A stretch of DNA of 63,783 nt, the filler included, from Intoshia linei (taxonomy: Eukaryota; Animalia; Orthonectida): assembly GCA_001642005.1 (NCBI GenBank). It is 9 parts of 9 records of this genome, joined end to end, with 100 filler letters (N's around TTAATTAATTAA, not from the genome) between each part and the next. Parts side by side here need not be neighbours in the genome. Positions count along the whole stretch, not along the records: positions 51,020 to 61,059 come from LWCA01001313.1; positions 61,160 to 62,467 come from LWCA01002677.1; positions 62,568 to 63,783 come from LWCA01002722.1; 6 more parts are not named here. One strand, given 5' to 3'. The notes beneath the pieces were generated by a model that made no database searches, was not told the origin of the DNA, and worked only from the letters and a program-made list of their open reading frames with translations. This document shows, one piece after another, positions 51,098 through 63,783 of this stretch (position 1 is its first letter; each line of letters begins with the position of its first letter). A program made the position numbers and the translations under genes.

Positions 51098-52839
51098 TAA
51101 ATTATAATATTTAAGGACTACAATGTATAATTCCTTATGATAATTATAATATGGAGTAACTCTGACAATAGAAATCACGTATCAAGTATTGTTGTCTATT
51201 TCCACTGCGTACGGCTATAATCTAGCTACAGAACGGAATTTTGGATAAATATATTTTAAAAAAGTAAAATTATAAAGATGAAATAGATTTTTATTCACAT
51301 GTCAGTGCATTCATATCTGAAACTAACATTTATATTCAAAATATTATTTTATAAAAATTACAGCCCCCTATAACGTCTACCGCCCAAAATTGTTCAGCGC
51401 ATTTTGGCGGTATCGGCCACGTTAAGACCAACTAGTGACTAGTGTATATTCTAAAAAAAATTTAGACAAAATTATTGTTTACAATACATCATAAGTTATG
51501 AATCATAACGTAATTAATATAAAATTAAAATATTACACGACAAATGTTTTTTAAATGAGTAAAAAGTTAAAAAACTAATTAAATTAACAATAAAAAAGTT
51601 TAAAATACATTATACACACAATAAAACTAAATATATTGCTTATTTTTATAATAACGTGAAATATTTATTGGCTATTTTATTAAATATTGATGATAAAGAT
51701 ATTGTAGTATATAAATAAAAATTGTTGAATAAACTGTTAAATACCAGATTTATATTGACATTATAACGGTAACAAATTTATGTTGATCAATATAAATGTT
51801 TTTATATTAATCATACAAGTAAAAAGAAAAAAAGTAAAATAAAACAATAAACATTTTAAATTGTATCACAATGTTGTTGAATAGAAATGAATATTAAACA
51901 TGTGTGAAGAGATGAAAGATACTTGTTACGAGTAAATAAAATTGTGATATATAGTTTTAACATAAGGAGCAAATGAAATATTTCAATTTTCGGTAGCGTC
52001 TAATTTAATAACATAATTCATAATTCTCATTAAATGGGTGGTAAAATCTGTTTTTAAAAGCAATTACATATTAAACATGTCTAATAAAAAATTTATAGAA
52101 ATTTTTCATTTTTTAATACTTATCGAAAAATTTTTATATATTTATTTGATTATAAATAATGTCATTTTTATATATAAATTTAAATACCCTGTTATATCTG
52201 ATTGATTAAAGTAATCAGCCAGAATAAAGGGGAATTTAAAGTTAATTTAATTAATAAACATGACAAGAATATATAAAGGCTCGTAGGGTCAACCGAACAA
52301 TGTCCAAAGTACCATATATTGTACAAATAACGACTAAAAATATTGTAAATTTTGGGATTATTATTAGTTTTATTAATAAAAAAATATTTTATATCAGAAT
52401 TTACAGTTTGTGCACCATAAAATGATTGTATACAAAATTTGATTATTGCTGAATTCAATGTGAATCAATTCATGGAGATATAGTAAACAAAAAACTACTT
52501 GTTAAATGGAAAAACTCATCAATGACGGATTAATTGAAGTTTTGAGTAAATCTATGAAATTTAGTTGAATTAAATACAAATTTTAGACAATAGGCCGATC
52601 GACCCATTTGAATATTTGAAAAACTAGTAATACGTGATTTTGAAATATTTATATATATCTTTGGTTTGTTCTTCCCTTAATATTTTATTTTGTGGTGATT
52701 AATAATTAATTTTAAGTTATTTAATCAAGTTTTTAATATACTAATGCCTTTTTCGGATGGTATCCCAAAATTTTAATTCAATTCATATTCAGATCAATCT
52801 TCCATAATACATTATATTTAAATTAAAACCGATTGAATC

Positions 52840-54180
52840 CAGTGAGTGGCAAAAGTCTACATACACCCAAATTTTTAATGGTACACTTGTAATACAGATT
52901 AAATTAAAAAATGTATGCTCAAGCATAGCTAAAAATGAATTAAAAAAAAAATTTGAAAAATATCCATAGAATTTTTATACATTTTATATGACAGAAAAAT
53001 GATATTAGGAATAATAATATTGTTCTAATATTTTACATACACGTTGTAATATTTAATATGACATTTTTAGCGTCAAATAAATCTTTAATTCTGTATTTAT
53101 ATCCATTGATTAAAGCATAGATAATATCTTTGGATTTTTACTCCATTATTCATGGGATTAAACTTCTAATTAATTCATATTTACAAGTTTCCTCACCCCA
53201 CCGCTTTTTTCAGTAAATTACAGGCATTTTCAATTGTATTTAGATTAGGTGATTAGGAGGGTCATTCTGAAACCTCCATTTTTTTGAACACAGCCATATT
53301 CGTGTTTCGTTCGATATATGTTTGGGCCTAATGGCAATCCCATGGGATAATTGTGTTGTTTTAGTACAAAATTTTTCTCTAATATAAGACTTAGCGGATT
53401 TTTCAAAGTTTTCTAATAAAACTTTTATATACATTTCACTATCCGTATGACCATTAATTTTGGTTACTGATCCAATTCCCTTTATACTGAAACATTCCAA
53501 ATAGATCAGACTTTTACCACCATGTTTAACAGTGAGTTTATATTTTTTTCTTCCAACCCCTCATTTAACCTACACTACAAGAATCGTTTCGTATTATGTC
53601 CAAATAATTTAATTTTGATTCATCTGCCAAAATAACACAATATCAATAAGAATTGGGCATATTTAAATGTTTTCAGAAAAAAGGTATCGACTCTTTTTAT
53701 TCTTTTCACTGAGAAGTGGTTTTGGTAGTGCTACAAATGCTCTCAACCCCATTTTTGTAATTTCTAGTAAAATAGGTGATATTTTAACACCAACGGCAAT
53801 TAATTGTAATCATGTTTCATTTTTCCACGAGTTATAAAAGGGGTCTTTAATATTAGACCTCATTATCATGGACATTCCTTAATCGTTTATTTTAATTGGC
53901 TTATCTGATTTTGATTTTTATTAATAGAGTAAGATTTTTGCCATCTTTTTATTATTGATTTACACTAGGTTTCGGCAAAATTAAATTTTTGGAGATATTT
54001 CCATAGGATAAACCTTTAAGGTGAAATTTTACTACCCTATCGTTCAAATCATTCGAATGTTAGACAGATGTGCTCATTTTTGTAAAATATATATAGCTAA
54101 ATACATAATGTTAACTGTTAAATAATTTACAGATGTAATTTAATGTAATATAGATTAAATTGATTTTTGAAATATACATT
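52840..54180 (-). mobile_element. Tc1-like element with degraded transposase
   Basis: TIR-like CAGTGAGTGGCAAAAGTCTACATACACC. Minus-strand fragments read VVKFHLKGLSY, KPLLSEKNKKSR, ADESK, TVKHGG, PKHIS. Confidence 0.82.
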
Positions 54181-54194
54181 TTGTATATTCGAAA

Positions 54195-54669
54195 AAAAAT
54201 AATATGCATACTAAAATGCTTTTATTGATTATGACATCGTCACTTATTCGGATTGAAATTTTCGGTACGTTTTAACAGGATACAATTGTACAACTTATAA
54301 ATTTTTTGAAATTCTAGGGCTGTTTTCATTAAAAAAAGATAGGTAATTTGGGGTTTTGGCCCTGAAGATATAATTTTTTTAAATTTAAATATATGATAAT
54401 TTTTATGATTTTAAAATCCGTATTAGCATATATATTTTTTTAAATTATCCAATTCGTTTAATTTTCAAAAAGAAAAACAATTGGGGTTTTTGACAAATAA
54501 GATGTGAGTTTGGGAGGTTGAAATTATGTTTGCAAACACCTTCGGAAAAAAACTATAATTGAAATGTGGACTTTATAAAATTCTAAGACGGGTAGTTATA
54601 TAAATAAAGCTGGTAACACAGACACACACACACAAACAAAAATCGCGTAACATATTATATAAGTTAGGA
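54195..54669 (-). mobile_element. Helitron 5' part
   Basis: Starts TCCTAACTTATATAA on the minus strand and contains a (TG)n microsatellite. Confidence 0.82.
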
Positions 54670-54999
54670 CAATATTGCTTTAAATTAATATAATCAAATT
54701 CTATAAATAGATGTCCATTTTTTATTTAAAAAATATTTAAGAATTATTATACTTGCTTCATCGAAAATTAGGGCGTATGTAGACTTTTAAAACTCATTGT
54801 ATATATTTTTTTATATTACATCTAGTTATAAAAGTGTTTCCAAATATCCTAAAAATGTTGAAACTAAATGCGTCGAAACAATCACAAAATGTTCTTATTT
54901 GGCAAAAAAGTATTTTTGCAACAATTGCAAAAAGGCATATGATATTTTAGAAAGTAATTTATATTTGGTTTTGTAAAATCTCACTTCAAAATCTTAGTA

Positions 55000-55275
55000 T
55001 TGATTATTATCAATCCTTTAAAGGAGTGGTTCCTAAAGTTGTTTCAGGTGGAACCATCACATCACATTACTTTTTACTTTAAAGTGAATTCTTCCGTCTT
55101 AATTTTGTTTGTTAACATTTACGTAAAAAATTTTAAAAATAATGGTTATCCCATTTTGATAATTTATTAGACGAAATGTGTGTATAATATTAAAAATAAA
55201 GTAAAATCAGTCCAATCCTAAAAATTGTCATAAATAGCATAAATTCCAGAAATAATAAAATTATAAAAACCTAAT
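55000..55275 (-). mobile_element. Helitron 3'-region fragment
   Basis: Reverse complement of 16985-17180. Confidence 0.78.
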
Positions 55276-55914
55276 TTGTTATTTAAATTTTTTAATATAA
55301 TTAATTAATAAATACTAAAATGCTTTTTTAACCATAAAAAACTCTACAAATTCTATATTTTACTAAATGTTTAATTAATAATACTTGAAAAAATTTATAC
55401 ACGTGTATATAACCGATCCTTAAAAATGGATGATAATTGATAATATATCGACACTTAACAATTAATCATTAAATTACTAAAAAACTATTATAAACTTAGA
55501 TGAAAAGTTAAAATTAAAAATATATATAAATTACATTAAACATTTATACACTTGTCCTTAAATTTGCGTAATAAAAACGTCACGAATGACTATAATTTAA
55601 TATACATAAATATATATTTTTAATTGAAAAATGAAACATTCTATAAAAGTGTAAATTGTGAATTATGTGTCTATTTGATTAAATAAAATACCGGTTTTAA
55701 AATTACACAAAGTTTTATAAATTCTATTTATTTATTCTATTATTTTATGTCTTCTTTCATTTAGATTTGGGACCAACAGGAAAAATTGTAAATGATATAA
55801 TTGGAAAATTATCAAAGTAAAATATTTTAAAATATATTTATGATTAAGGTAATTAATCAATTGTGCCAAAATATTAACTTTAATTTTGAATAATTTTCTA
55901 TAAATGAACTAAAA

Positions 55915-56352
55915 TCCTTTTTTGACCGTGAAGACGTCACTTTGTCAGATTGAAATTTTTTGAGTGTTAACTAAATATAACTGTACTTTGTAGTGTATAA
56001 GTGTATTTTTTTTAAAATTTTAGGACTTTTTTCATTTCTACAAAAAAGGTAATTTCGGGTTTTGGCTATGAAGATATAAGATTTTGAAATTGAAATTTAT
56101 CTTTATGTTGATAATTTTAAAATCTTTATCAGATTGTGTGTTTTGGTACATTCTAAAATGGATTTGATTTTTAATAAAAAGTTTAATTGGGGTTTTTTAC
56201 CTTGAAAGACACGATGCTGATAATGACATTAGCAATAAAATCTCAACTTTAAAAAACTTCACCCTTAAAAAACTGTATTAGAAATGGTTATTCTTAAAAC
56301 TCTACGCCTATTAATTTGTTATATAAATGATATTACTTTATATAAATAAGGA
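55915..56352 (-). mobile_element. Older, diverged Helitron 5' part
   Basis: A|TCCTTATTTATATAAAG start, with similarity to 690-1150. Confidence 0.65.
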
Positions 56353-56557
56353 TTGTTCATTTTTAAAAGTTTAATAGCACTATTAAAACATGTGAAACCG
56401 AAAAATATGTTATGAAATTATGCAAAAATATTAGAATGGATTCTTATAATGTTGTCTCATTTCAAGACTTTTATCATTTAATACATGTAGTCTATGAATA
56501 TAACGGTACATTTACATATTACATTAATGTATAGTGTTACAAATATATTTTTCTAGA

Positions 56558-56870
56558 TTTGGTTATAATTTACACAAAACTGTACAACTTACTATGTGAT
56601 GAATTCAATGGAATGACAAATATTATTATATATGCAATTCAGAAAATGTTGAAAAAAGATGGTATTTGTATTTCTTCATCATTAGACCTGAAAATTTTAA
56701 GAAACTCAATTAGCACTTTAGAAAAGGTTCGTTGTGATTATATTGTTCTCTGGTGATAATAATATTTTACTTAATTTACTATTTATAGAATTTTGATCAA
56801 GATAGTGTAGAAAATAATTTATCCAAAATACATTTCATTAACTCGATGACTGATTATTATTTATTGCAAG
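56558..56870 (+). CDS. Two probable exons of an unidentified gene
   Basis: AG...GT-bounded open segments LVIIYTKLYNLLCDEF...STLEK and NFDQDSVENNLSKIHFINSMTDYYLLQ. A possible upstream exon lies at ~55765-55816. Confidence 0.3.
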
Positions 56871-57067
56871 TAATTAAATTTCTATAATTATGATAATTGA
56901 TAAATGGTTTAATATTTGTACATTTTGACTTGCATCATTAAAACTAAAATTTTCATGTGAATTCCGCCAATATTTTGATATTATATTGGGTACTTATTGT
57001 TATGAATTGTCGTTAAATTAAATTACCCGATATTAATACTAATTCAAAAATTTAGTTTAAATACATA

Positions 57068-58715
57068 TCCTTACTTATATAATTATATATATATATATTA
57101 TATAATAATATGCTACGCAATATTTGTTTTAGTGTGTGTGTTCAGCTTTATTTTAATAACTATCCGTCTTAGAATTTTATAAAGTCCACATTTCAATTAC
57201 AGTTTTTTCCTGAAGTGTTCGCAAAGATAATTTCAAGCTCCCAAACTCACATCTTACAGGTCAAAACCCCACTTATCCCTCTTTTTTAAAATCAAACAAG
57301 TTGGAGAAATTAAAAAAATATATTTGCTAATACGGATTTTAAAATCATAAACATTATCATAAATTTAAAATTAAAAACAATTATATCTTCAGGGCCCAAA
57401 CCACAAATTACCCTACTTTTTTTAATGAAAACAGCTGTAGAATTTCAAAAAAATTATAAGTGGTACAGTTGTATCCTGTTAACACACACAGAAAATTTAA
57501 ATCCGAATAAGTGATGACTTAACGGTCAAAAAAGCATTTTAGTATTCATTTTTTTTCCGAAATATTTTATTAAAATAAAAAATATGAAATAATTAACGGT
57601 CCGAAAATTAAAAAAAAGAAAAATTATTCTGATAGAGCTTATCCCATTTGATATAAATAAGAAAATTCAACCTCAGAAATCTACACATTTCCGGTGAAAA
57701 ATAATTTTTAATATATTATCAACTAATATTTTTCCAATATTTCGATTAAAATAAAAATTAAAAATCTAAATATTGATCCTACAATTTCAGAAAAAATGTG
57801 CATTGAACGTCTAAACATTTCCGATACAGAAATATGGTTGAAAATCTATATAATTCATTCCTTCGGAATTTTTTTCATTACTACGCAATTTTTATATTTC
57901 AAATTCTCATTTTCAAAAAATTTTTTAAAAATTTAAATTAAAACTACAACAACGATTACTAAAAGTAATACAACTTTGTTATTATTATTTTAAATTTATT
58001 ACAATCTTTTGCAATATTGGTAAAATTGAGCTGAAATATGTTTATATAGTGCTAATTCCGTTAATTATTAATACATACAGTAATACCTCGCTTAACAAAC
58101 TCTCGCGTTAACGAACAAATTAAAAAACACAAAAAAATAAAAAAATGGGCGAAAATTTTTACCGTTTTTACATTGTGTCAATATAAATTAAACTCTTGCT
58201 TAACGAACAAGATCTCGGAACGAATTTGTTCGTTTTAGTGAAGTATTACTGTAATTAGTATATTTAAGTATTCATTAAATTGGTACTGAATACATATTAT
58301 CACAATGAATATGAAACAAAAAGGTTTTTATAATTTTATTATTTTTGAAATTTATACTATTTATGACAATTTTTAGGATTGGACTGTTTTTACTTTATTT
58401 TAATATTATACACACATTTTGTCTAATAAAATTGGACTGTTTTTACTTTATTTTTAATATTATACACACATTCTGTCTAATAAAATTAAAAAGTTTTAAC
58501 TTTATTTTTAATATTATACACACATTCTGTCTAATAAATTAAAAAAATGGGATGAAAATTGTTTTTAAAGTGTTTTTAATATTCCTTACGTAAATGTTAA
58601 CAAAAAATGAAGTGGGAATAATTCACTAATAATTTAATAATAATAATTAAAGTAATAAGTAATGTAATATGATGGTTCCACCTAAAATAAATTTAGCAAC
58701 CACTCCTTTAAAGGA
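57068..58715 (+). mobile_element. Near-complete non-autonomous Helitron (3' tip missing)
   Basis: A|TCCTTACTTATATAA start. Carries a nested Tigger MITE and a triplicated ~47-bp unit at ~58375-58540. Confidence 0.85.
58078..58251. mobile_element. Tigger-like MITE nested in Helitron
   Basis: TA|CAGTAATACCTCGCTTAAC...GTGAAGTATTACTG|TA. Confidence 0.85.
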
Positions 58716-58904
58716 TATATATGTATATTTTAATTGATCGAATTTAGATAAAAAGCAGTGAATATGGTAATGGTGTGATACTGCAAGAATAATTTCAAAA
58801 ATAAAGCATATTTTTATGTCATTAAATTTTTAAAAATTGGATAATTTTTATAATTTCACCGCAGTTAATCTAAAAATTTTGTATTAGTTTACTATTCTTT
58901 GTCA

Positions 58905-61059
58905 TAGGTAGGAACCGATTGATAAAAACCAGTTTTTAAAGCGGTTTTAGCGGTTTTCCGTTAATCGTTTCAATTAACCAACCACCGTTCAAATTCAAAA
59001 ACGGTTTTTTGCGGTTTTCAATTCGGTTTTTAAAAAATATAAATTTTAAATTAATTTTAAATAGAAATAAATTTAACATCATTTTGATATTTTTCTATTA
59101 TCGATACATTGCTCTTTTGAATTTGTAAATACAATTGTACATTTGTAATTATTCATATTTACAAAATTGAAATGGTGTTATTCGACGAATTTGAAAAAGA
59201 TTGTGAAAAAGAGTTTATCAAGAAATACTTTGAAATTGATAAAATAAAGAAAATACGATAATGTAGAATAAAAGCTCCAAATTGTCTAGATATCTGTAAC
59301 ATTAAAATTTCAACACTACACCTCAACAATGCTAGGGCCCATTTAAAATCTAATTTACATAATGAACTATGTGAAAAAGACCTTATGGAATATAAAGGGT
59401 GTTTCATTAAGACGGATCGATAAAAACAGTAAATAAAACAATGTTAATGGGTAAATTTTATTGATTTTTTTATGGAATTATGTTATTTAGCACCTGGAAA
59501 TTATATGTGAAAAATAATATCGCCCAAATGTTCCCCAAAGCTTCGGCGGCACACCTCCACTCGATGGTTAAAATTTTTTATAACATCTCTGCATAATTGC
59601 TCCTCGATCTCACCAATATGCATTATTATCTCATTTTTCAGCTGTTCAATTGTTGTCGGCTTGTTGGCATAGACCTTACTCTTAAGGTAACCCCAAAAGA
59701 AGAAATCCAGAAGCGTCAAATCGCACGATCTTGCTGGCTAACCCACTTCGCTGTTTCGAGAGATGATGATGGAATATCTCCTTCAATAAAGCCATTGTTG
59801 CATTGGCTGTGTGGCATGTGGCGCCGTTCTGTTGGAACCACAAATTTTTCGACATCCATAGCATTCAATTTAGGCAAAAAAAAAGTTGGTTATCATGGCA
59901 CGGTATCTCTCGCCTGTCACAGTAACAGAATTGCCGGCATCATTCTCGAAAAAAACGGTATAATTATTCCGCCAGCAAAAAATGCATACTAAACAGTGAC
60001 CTTTGATGGATGCATCGGTTTTACAGCAATTATCCTTGGATTGTCATTAACCCAAAAGCGACAATTCTGCTTATTAACGAGTCCACTTAGATGGAAATGG
60101 GCTTCATCACTAAAGATAATTTTTTGTGAAAAACCATCATCGATTTGTTTTTGCTCGTGCACCCAATCTGTGAACGTATGACGCTTCAAATGGTCAGCAG
60201 GCTTGATTTCTTAAGTCAATTGAATTTTGTAAGCGTGGAGAGGTTCAATTCTTGCGCGCGATGGCGAATAGAGGTGCCTTGTCTCTCGGCCACATTCTCG
60301 CGCACTGCAGCAATGTTTTCAGCTGAACGGAGTAAATGAGCACGCAAAGGTGTTTTCACATCTGCGATTGACTCAGTTTCTTTGAATTTATGAACAATTT
60401 TCCCAATTTACTCTCGGTTGGTCGATTATGCTGACCAAAGTAATCGCGAAGTGATCGAAATGCTTTTATATTTGAACGTCCATTTTCATAATAGGCTTCA
60501 ATAATTCTAACACGTTGTTCGATTGTTAATCTGAAAAGAGATTAAAAATTATTTAAAATGTAAGCCTAATAAGCATTTAACATCGTTCCAAGCTATTGGA
60601 ACACCCTTTATTAAAATAAAGAAATTGAGTATTGTCACTTTAGATCAATCTTTTAACAAAAAAAAATATTCCCTTATGTGTGTGAGCAGTCAAGTTAAAA
60701 TCTAAAATTATTATTACCATTTCTGAAGATGATGTTGTACAGTCTCTTATATCAATTTTTGATACAATATAAAGTAAATCCACAAAACGTAATTGCTATA
60801 GCTGTTGATAATGCGGCAAATATGCTTTTGTGTATCAATAAAATTAATGAAGATCTAGAACATTGATTAAACTGTGAATTGAATGAGCATGAATCTGAAA
60901 ATGAAGTTGAATATTGTCGATAAGTGAAAATAGTGATTTAATTTTCAATGATATAAAAGAATCTCATTTTCCCAACATTGAAAAAAATCGTTGTGCCTCC
61001 CATACGCTACAGTTAGCTGTGAAAAGTTTTGTTTCAAATTTTGATAATGTAATCAAGGT
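58905..61059 (+). mobile_element. hAT element (AACCG subterminal repeats) split by a mariner insertion
   Basis: AACCG/CGGTT repeats at 58915-59030, a BED-finger remnant (CLDICN...ARAHLKS..H), and after the insert IAVDNAANM and RCASHTLQLAV. Confidence 0.7.
59395..60608 (-). mobile_element. Tc1/mariner DD41D (rosa-type) element, both ends present, frameshifted transposase
   Basis: TA|AAGGGTGTT...AACACCCTT|TA. Encodes IIFSDEAHFHLSGLVNKQNCRFW, WFQQNGATCHTA, SCDLTLLDFFFWGYLKSKVY. Confidence 0.9.
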
Positions 61060-61159
61060 NNNNNNNNNNNNNNNNNNNNNNNNNNNNNNNNNNNNNNNNN
61101 NNNTTAATTAATTAANNNNNNNNNNNNNNNNNNNNNNNNNNNNNNNNNNNNNNNNNNNN

Positions 61160-62207
61160 TAGATTATTTCAAAATTAATTGCATTTACTACTCGAATAAC
61201 CAAATCAATTATACCGACTTTTCAAAGTGTTTAATATCAGAAAATGAAATGTTGATTTATCTGCCGTATATGAATCGTTACTGTTTGATACTAGACACGT
61301 TTTTGAAAATCAACAAACCAATTTTGATTTTTAGTAATATTGGAGGTGGGAAAAGATGTATTATACATCAGTACATTAATTATGCCAATATCAATGTTCA
61401 ATTGATTGAATTTTCTTGCACTTCCATAACAGTTCCCAAAGATTTGATTAATGTTCTCGACCATTACTGCATTTGTATAAATACTGCGTCCGGCTATGTT
61501 ATGCGGGCCAAGATGGGAATTAAAATTATTTTATATATACGAAATATCAGTCTATTAAAACATGACGCTTGGTCATCCAATGAATTTATTGAATTTATTA
61601 TACAAATTACCTCTCTAGGTGGCTATTATCATAAGAATGTATCACTAGAAATTGAATTTATTCGCATTGATTTTTCATTAATTTCCATAATTTTATCTTA
61701 CTCTTTTGAATATACAAATATGATTGGACACTATAATTTTTCTGACCGACTTGTCAATAAGTGTATTCCTTTGCACGTTATTCCTCCAAATGAAAATGAA
61801 TTAAATTGGTTCATTTCGTCTTTATTAAAATACCAACTTGGTGTAATCTTTGAAAAGCGAGTCAATGTTAATTTAAATGGCCCGAAAGTTTCCAGTTTTG
61901 TTTCAAATTTATCACAAACTATTTGTAATATTTATCAAAATCTAAAGACTGAATTTTGCAATAAAATTGACAAAAGTAAATTAATTAATTTGTACGATTT
62001 GAAAAAAATTTGTTGTAATATTGTCAAGTATAATATTAGTGAAAATTTTGATAAAGATAATATTTTACCTCGTATCGTTGTCAATGAATTTTGTTACGTT
62101 TTTGGTAATCGCATTGTTAATAAAAAACTCAAGGAACTCTTTTATTCTACACTTTCATCTAATATTAGCAATGATTGGAATTTGGATATTAATGATCAAA
62201 TTAATGG
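61160..62207 (+). CDS. DYNC2H1: Cytoplasmic dynein-2 heavy chain, partial (AAA3 region), strongly diverged
   Basis: The frame is open from the contig start. CICINTASGYVMRAK...IILYIRNISLLKHDAWSS...GGYY parallels the dynein-2 motif C..I.T..GRV.RPK...LVLY.KDINL.K.D.WG. Confidence 0.72.
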
Positions 62208-62567
62208 TTTAATATTTATATACATTTTATTTTTATATTAAGTTTTGCAAGGTTTTGCTAGGTTTACTAGGGTAAGAGTGATATTACAAAAATTTTGAAA
62301 TTTTTTAAATTTGTATGAAACATTTATAAAATTTTGTCTTGTATTTGTAATTTGAACCAATGCATTGAAATATGGGAATTGTTCTAATAATAGTTTATAG
62401 TTTACATGTAATGTCAATTTCCACTTGTAGAAATTGTAAAATTGTAAATTGTTTGATTGATAGAATGNNNNNNNNNNNNNNNNNNNNNNNNNNNNNNNNN
62501 NNNNNNNNNNNTTAATTAATTAANNNNNNNNNNNNNNNNNNNNNNNNNNNNNNNNNNNNNNNNNNNN

Positions 62568-63783
62568 CTTGAGATAATCGATTAGATGAAAACTTTTGAC
62601 CAATAATAAAAGCAATCACTTCATCAACATTATCCAATTTCAAAAAATGTCTATTAAATATATTGACTAACTCCATTGCAAATAAAATTCGATCTTTGGA
62701 TATAAATCCAACCATATAATACTTTAAAATTACTTTGAAAAACTTTTTTTTAATATTATTCAACCTTTCATCATAATTATCTCTATCAACTAAATTTTGC
62801 TCAACATCATTCAAACAGTGTTGTAGAATCTTGTCAAATAAATCAAGAAAATGTTTCAGCGAATATTTGTATATATGATGCATGAGTCCAAATTTTTTTA
62901 ATAAAAAGAAAACGTCGGAACAAGCATCTGAAATTGGTTTATAAGATTGCGATATTTCAAAAATTTTTAATTGCACAATAGCATTTTGTTCCTTTTTATC
63001 TATTATTTGTTTCGATTCTGATTTCAACGTTTCGAGGCGTTCAATAATTCTATCATCATCTAGAATTTTCGTCTTAGTTTCACTAAGAGAGTATAAAAGT
63101 TCATTTTCCAATTTTCGGAGTTTTCCACTATACTCACCTTGCAATTTTATTAGATCCCTGCGTTTCATTTCAATGTCAGTTCTTTCTGAATCCAATATTC
63201 GATATAAACAATTTGATCGCAATGAAGCAATTGTAGGTGTGAAATTAATTATTGTGACTCTGGAGCATAAACTTCGTGAAATATTAATATTTGGGTTTTG
63301 CGTAGATAAAATTAAAAAGAAGGTCGGGGAAAAGTCAATTTCTTGGTTTCCAATTGTAATCAACACTCGACCACCAGTTCTAACCAACTCTCGGTTTAAT
63401 ATGGGATTTAAAATTGGATCATAATACTCGACATCTTCAATCAGTAATGTATTTCCAAAACGTAAAGAACTTTCCACCTTTTTACGGAACGATATGTCAA
63501 GAAAACTAGTTTTTGTAATTTTTTTAGTAGCGTAATGTTTCATAAGAAAATTAATTGCACCGTCGTTTGGGTCTATTATTAATGGATACCTCTTTGATCT
63601 TTGAATAATTATAAAATTTTCAATATAAATGTCATCGATAGGCAAACCATTTGCAGCCCATTCAGACCTCTCATCAGCCGAGCTTAAATATTCCATAAAC
63701 AAAAAATTTGGACGATAGGCAATGTTAAAACTTTTCATAATTTCAGTCCATAAATTGGACACATAACCTCGATGTTCCTGATC
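62568..63783 (-). CDS. DYNC1H1: Cytoplasmic dynein-1 heavy chain, partial (stalk base/AAA5)
   Basis: EYLSSADER..W.ANGLP.DD, RYPLIIDP, ITKTSFLD, LRFGN.LLIEDVE.YDPILNPILNRE..RTGGRVLITIGNQEIDFSP, DLIKLQGE. Confidence 0.93.

Noticed and set aside
51900-52800. Exon-like segments and ORF 52192-52458
   Set aside because: I could not assemble a consistent open spliced frame or recognise a family.
58345-58542. ORF with repeated FNIIHTFCLIK
   Set aside because: It is the translation of a tandem triplication inside a non-coding Helitron.
4930-62567. Regularly recurring TTAATTAATTAA palindrome flanked by Ns, and ORFs containing X runs
   Set aside because: These are identical 100-bp artificial spacers. 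They are not biological, and adjacency across them is not evidence of linkage.
61160-63783. Apparent convergent cluster of dynein-2 and dynein-1 genes, with HYDIN nearby
   Set aside because: The pieces lie on separate small contigs joined by spacers.

Overview
This is very AT-rich eukaryotic DNA from an animal-like, ciliated organism, with many introns of only about 35-45 bp. That style is reminiscent of the orthonectid Intoshia linei, which is inference only. The window is not contiguous: nine contigs are joined by artificial 100-bp spacers (N44-TTAATTAATTAA-N44). Host genes recognised after manual splicing are a KDM6-like JmjC protein that has lost all three Fe(II) ligands, CNOT7/CAF1, DENND11/LCHN, UGGT, and partial HYDIN, DYNC2H1 and DYNC1H1. 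There is also an unrecognised 113-aa secreted Cys/Met-rich protein built from exon-modules, which the ORF track misses. The rest is dominated by DNA transposons: a high-copy non-autonomous Helitron (about 16 copies or fragments), hAT elements (one with both TIRs and a perfect 8-bp TSD), piggyBac, pogo/Tigger, Tc1, DD41D mariner, MULE, two integrase relics and several MITEs, many of them nested. The most notable findings are the intact but predicted catalytically dead KDM6 paralogue, the Met/Cys-rich modular secreted protein, and an FTSJ1/TRM7 exon held between perfect 33-bp inverted repeats inside a DENND11 intron.
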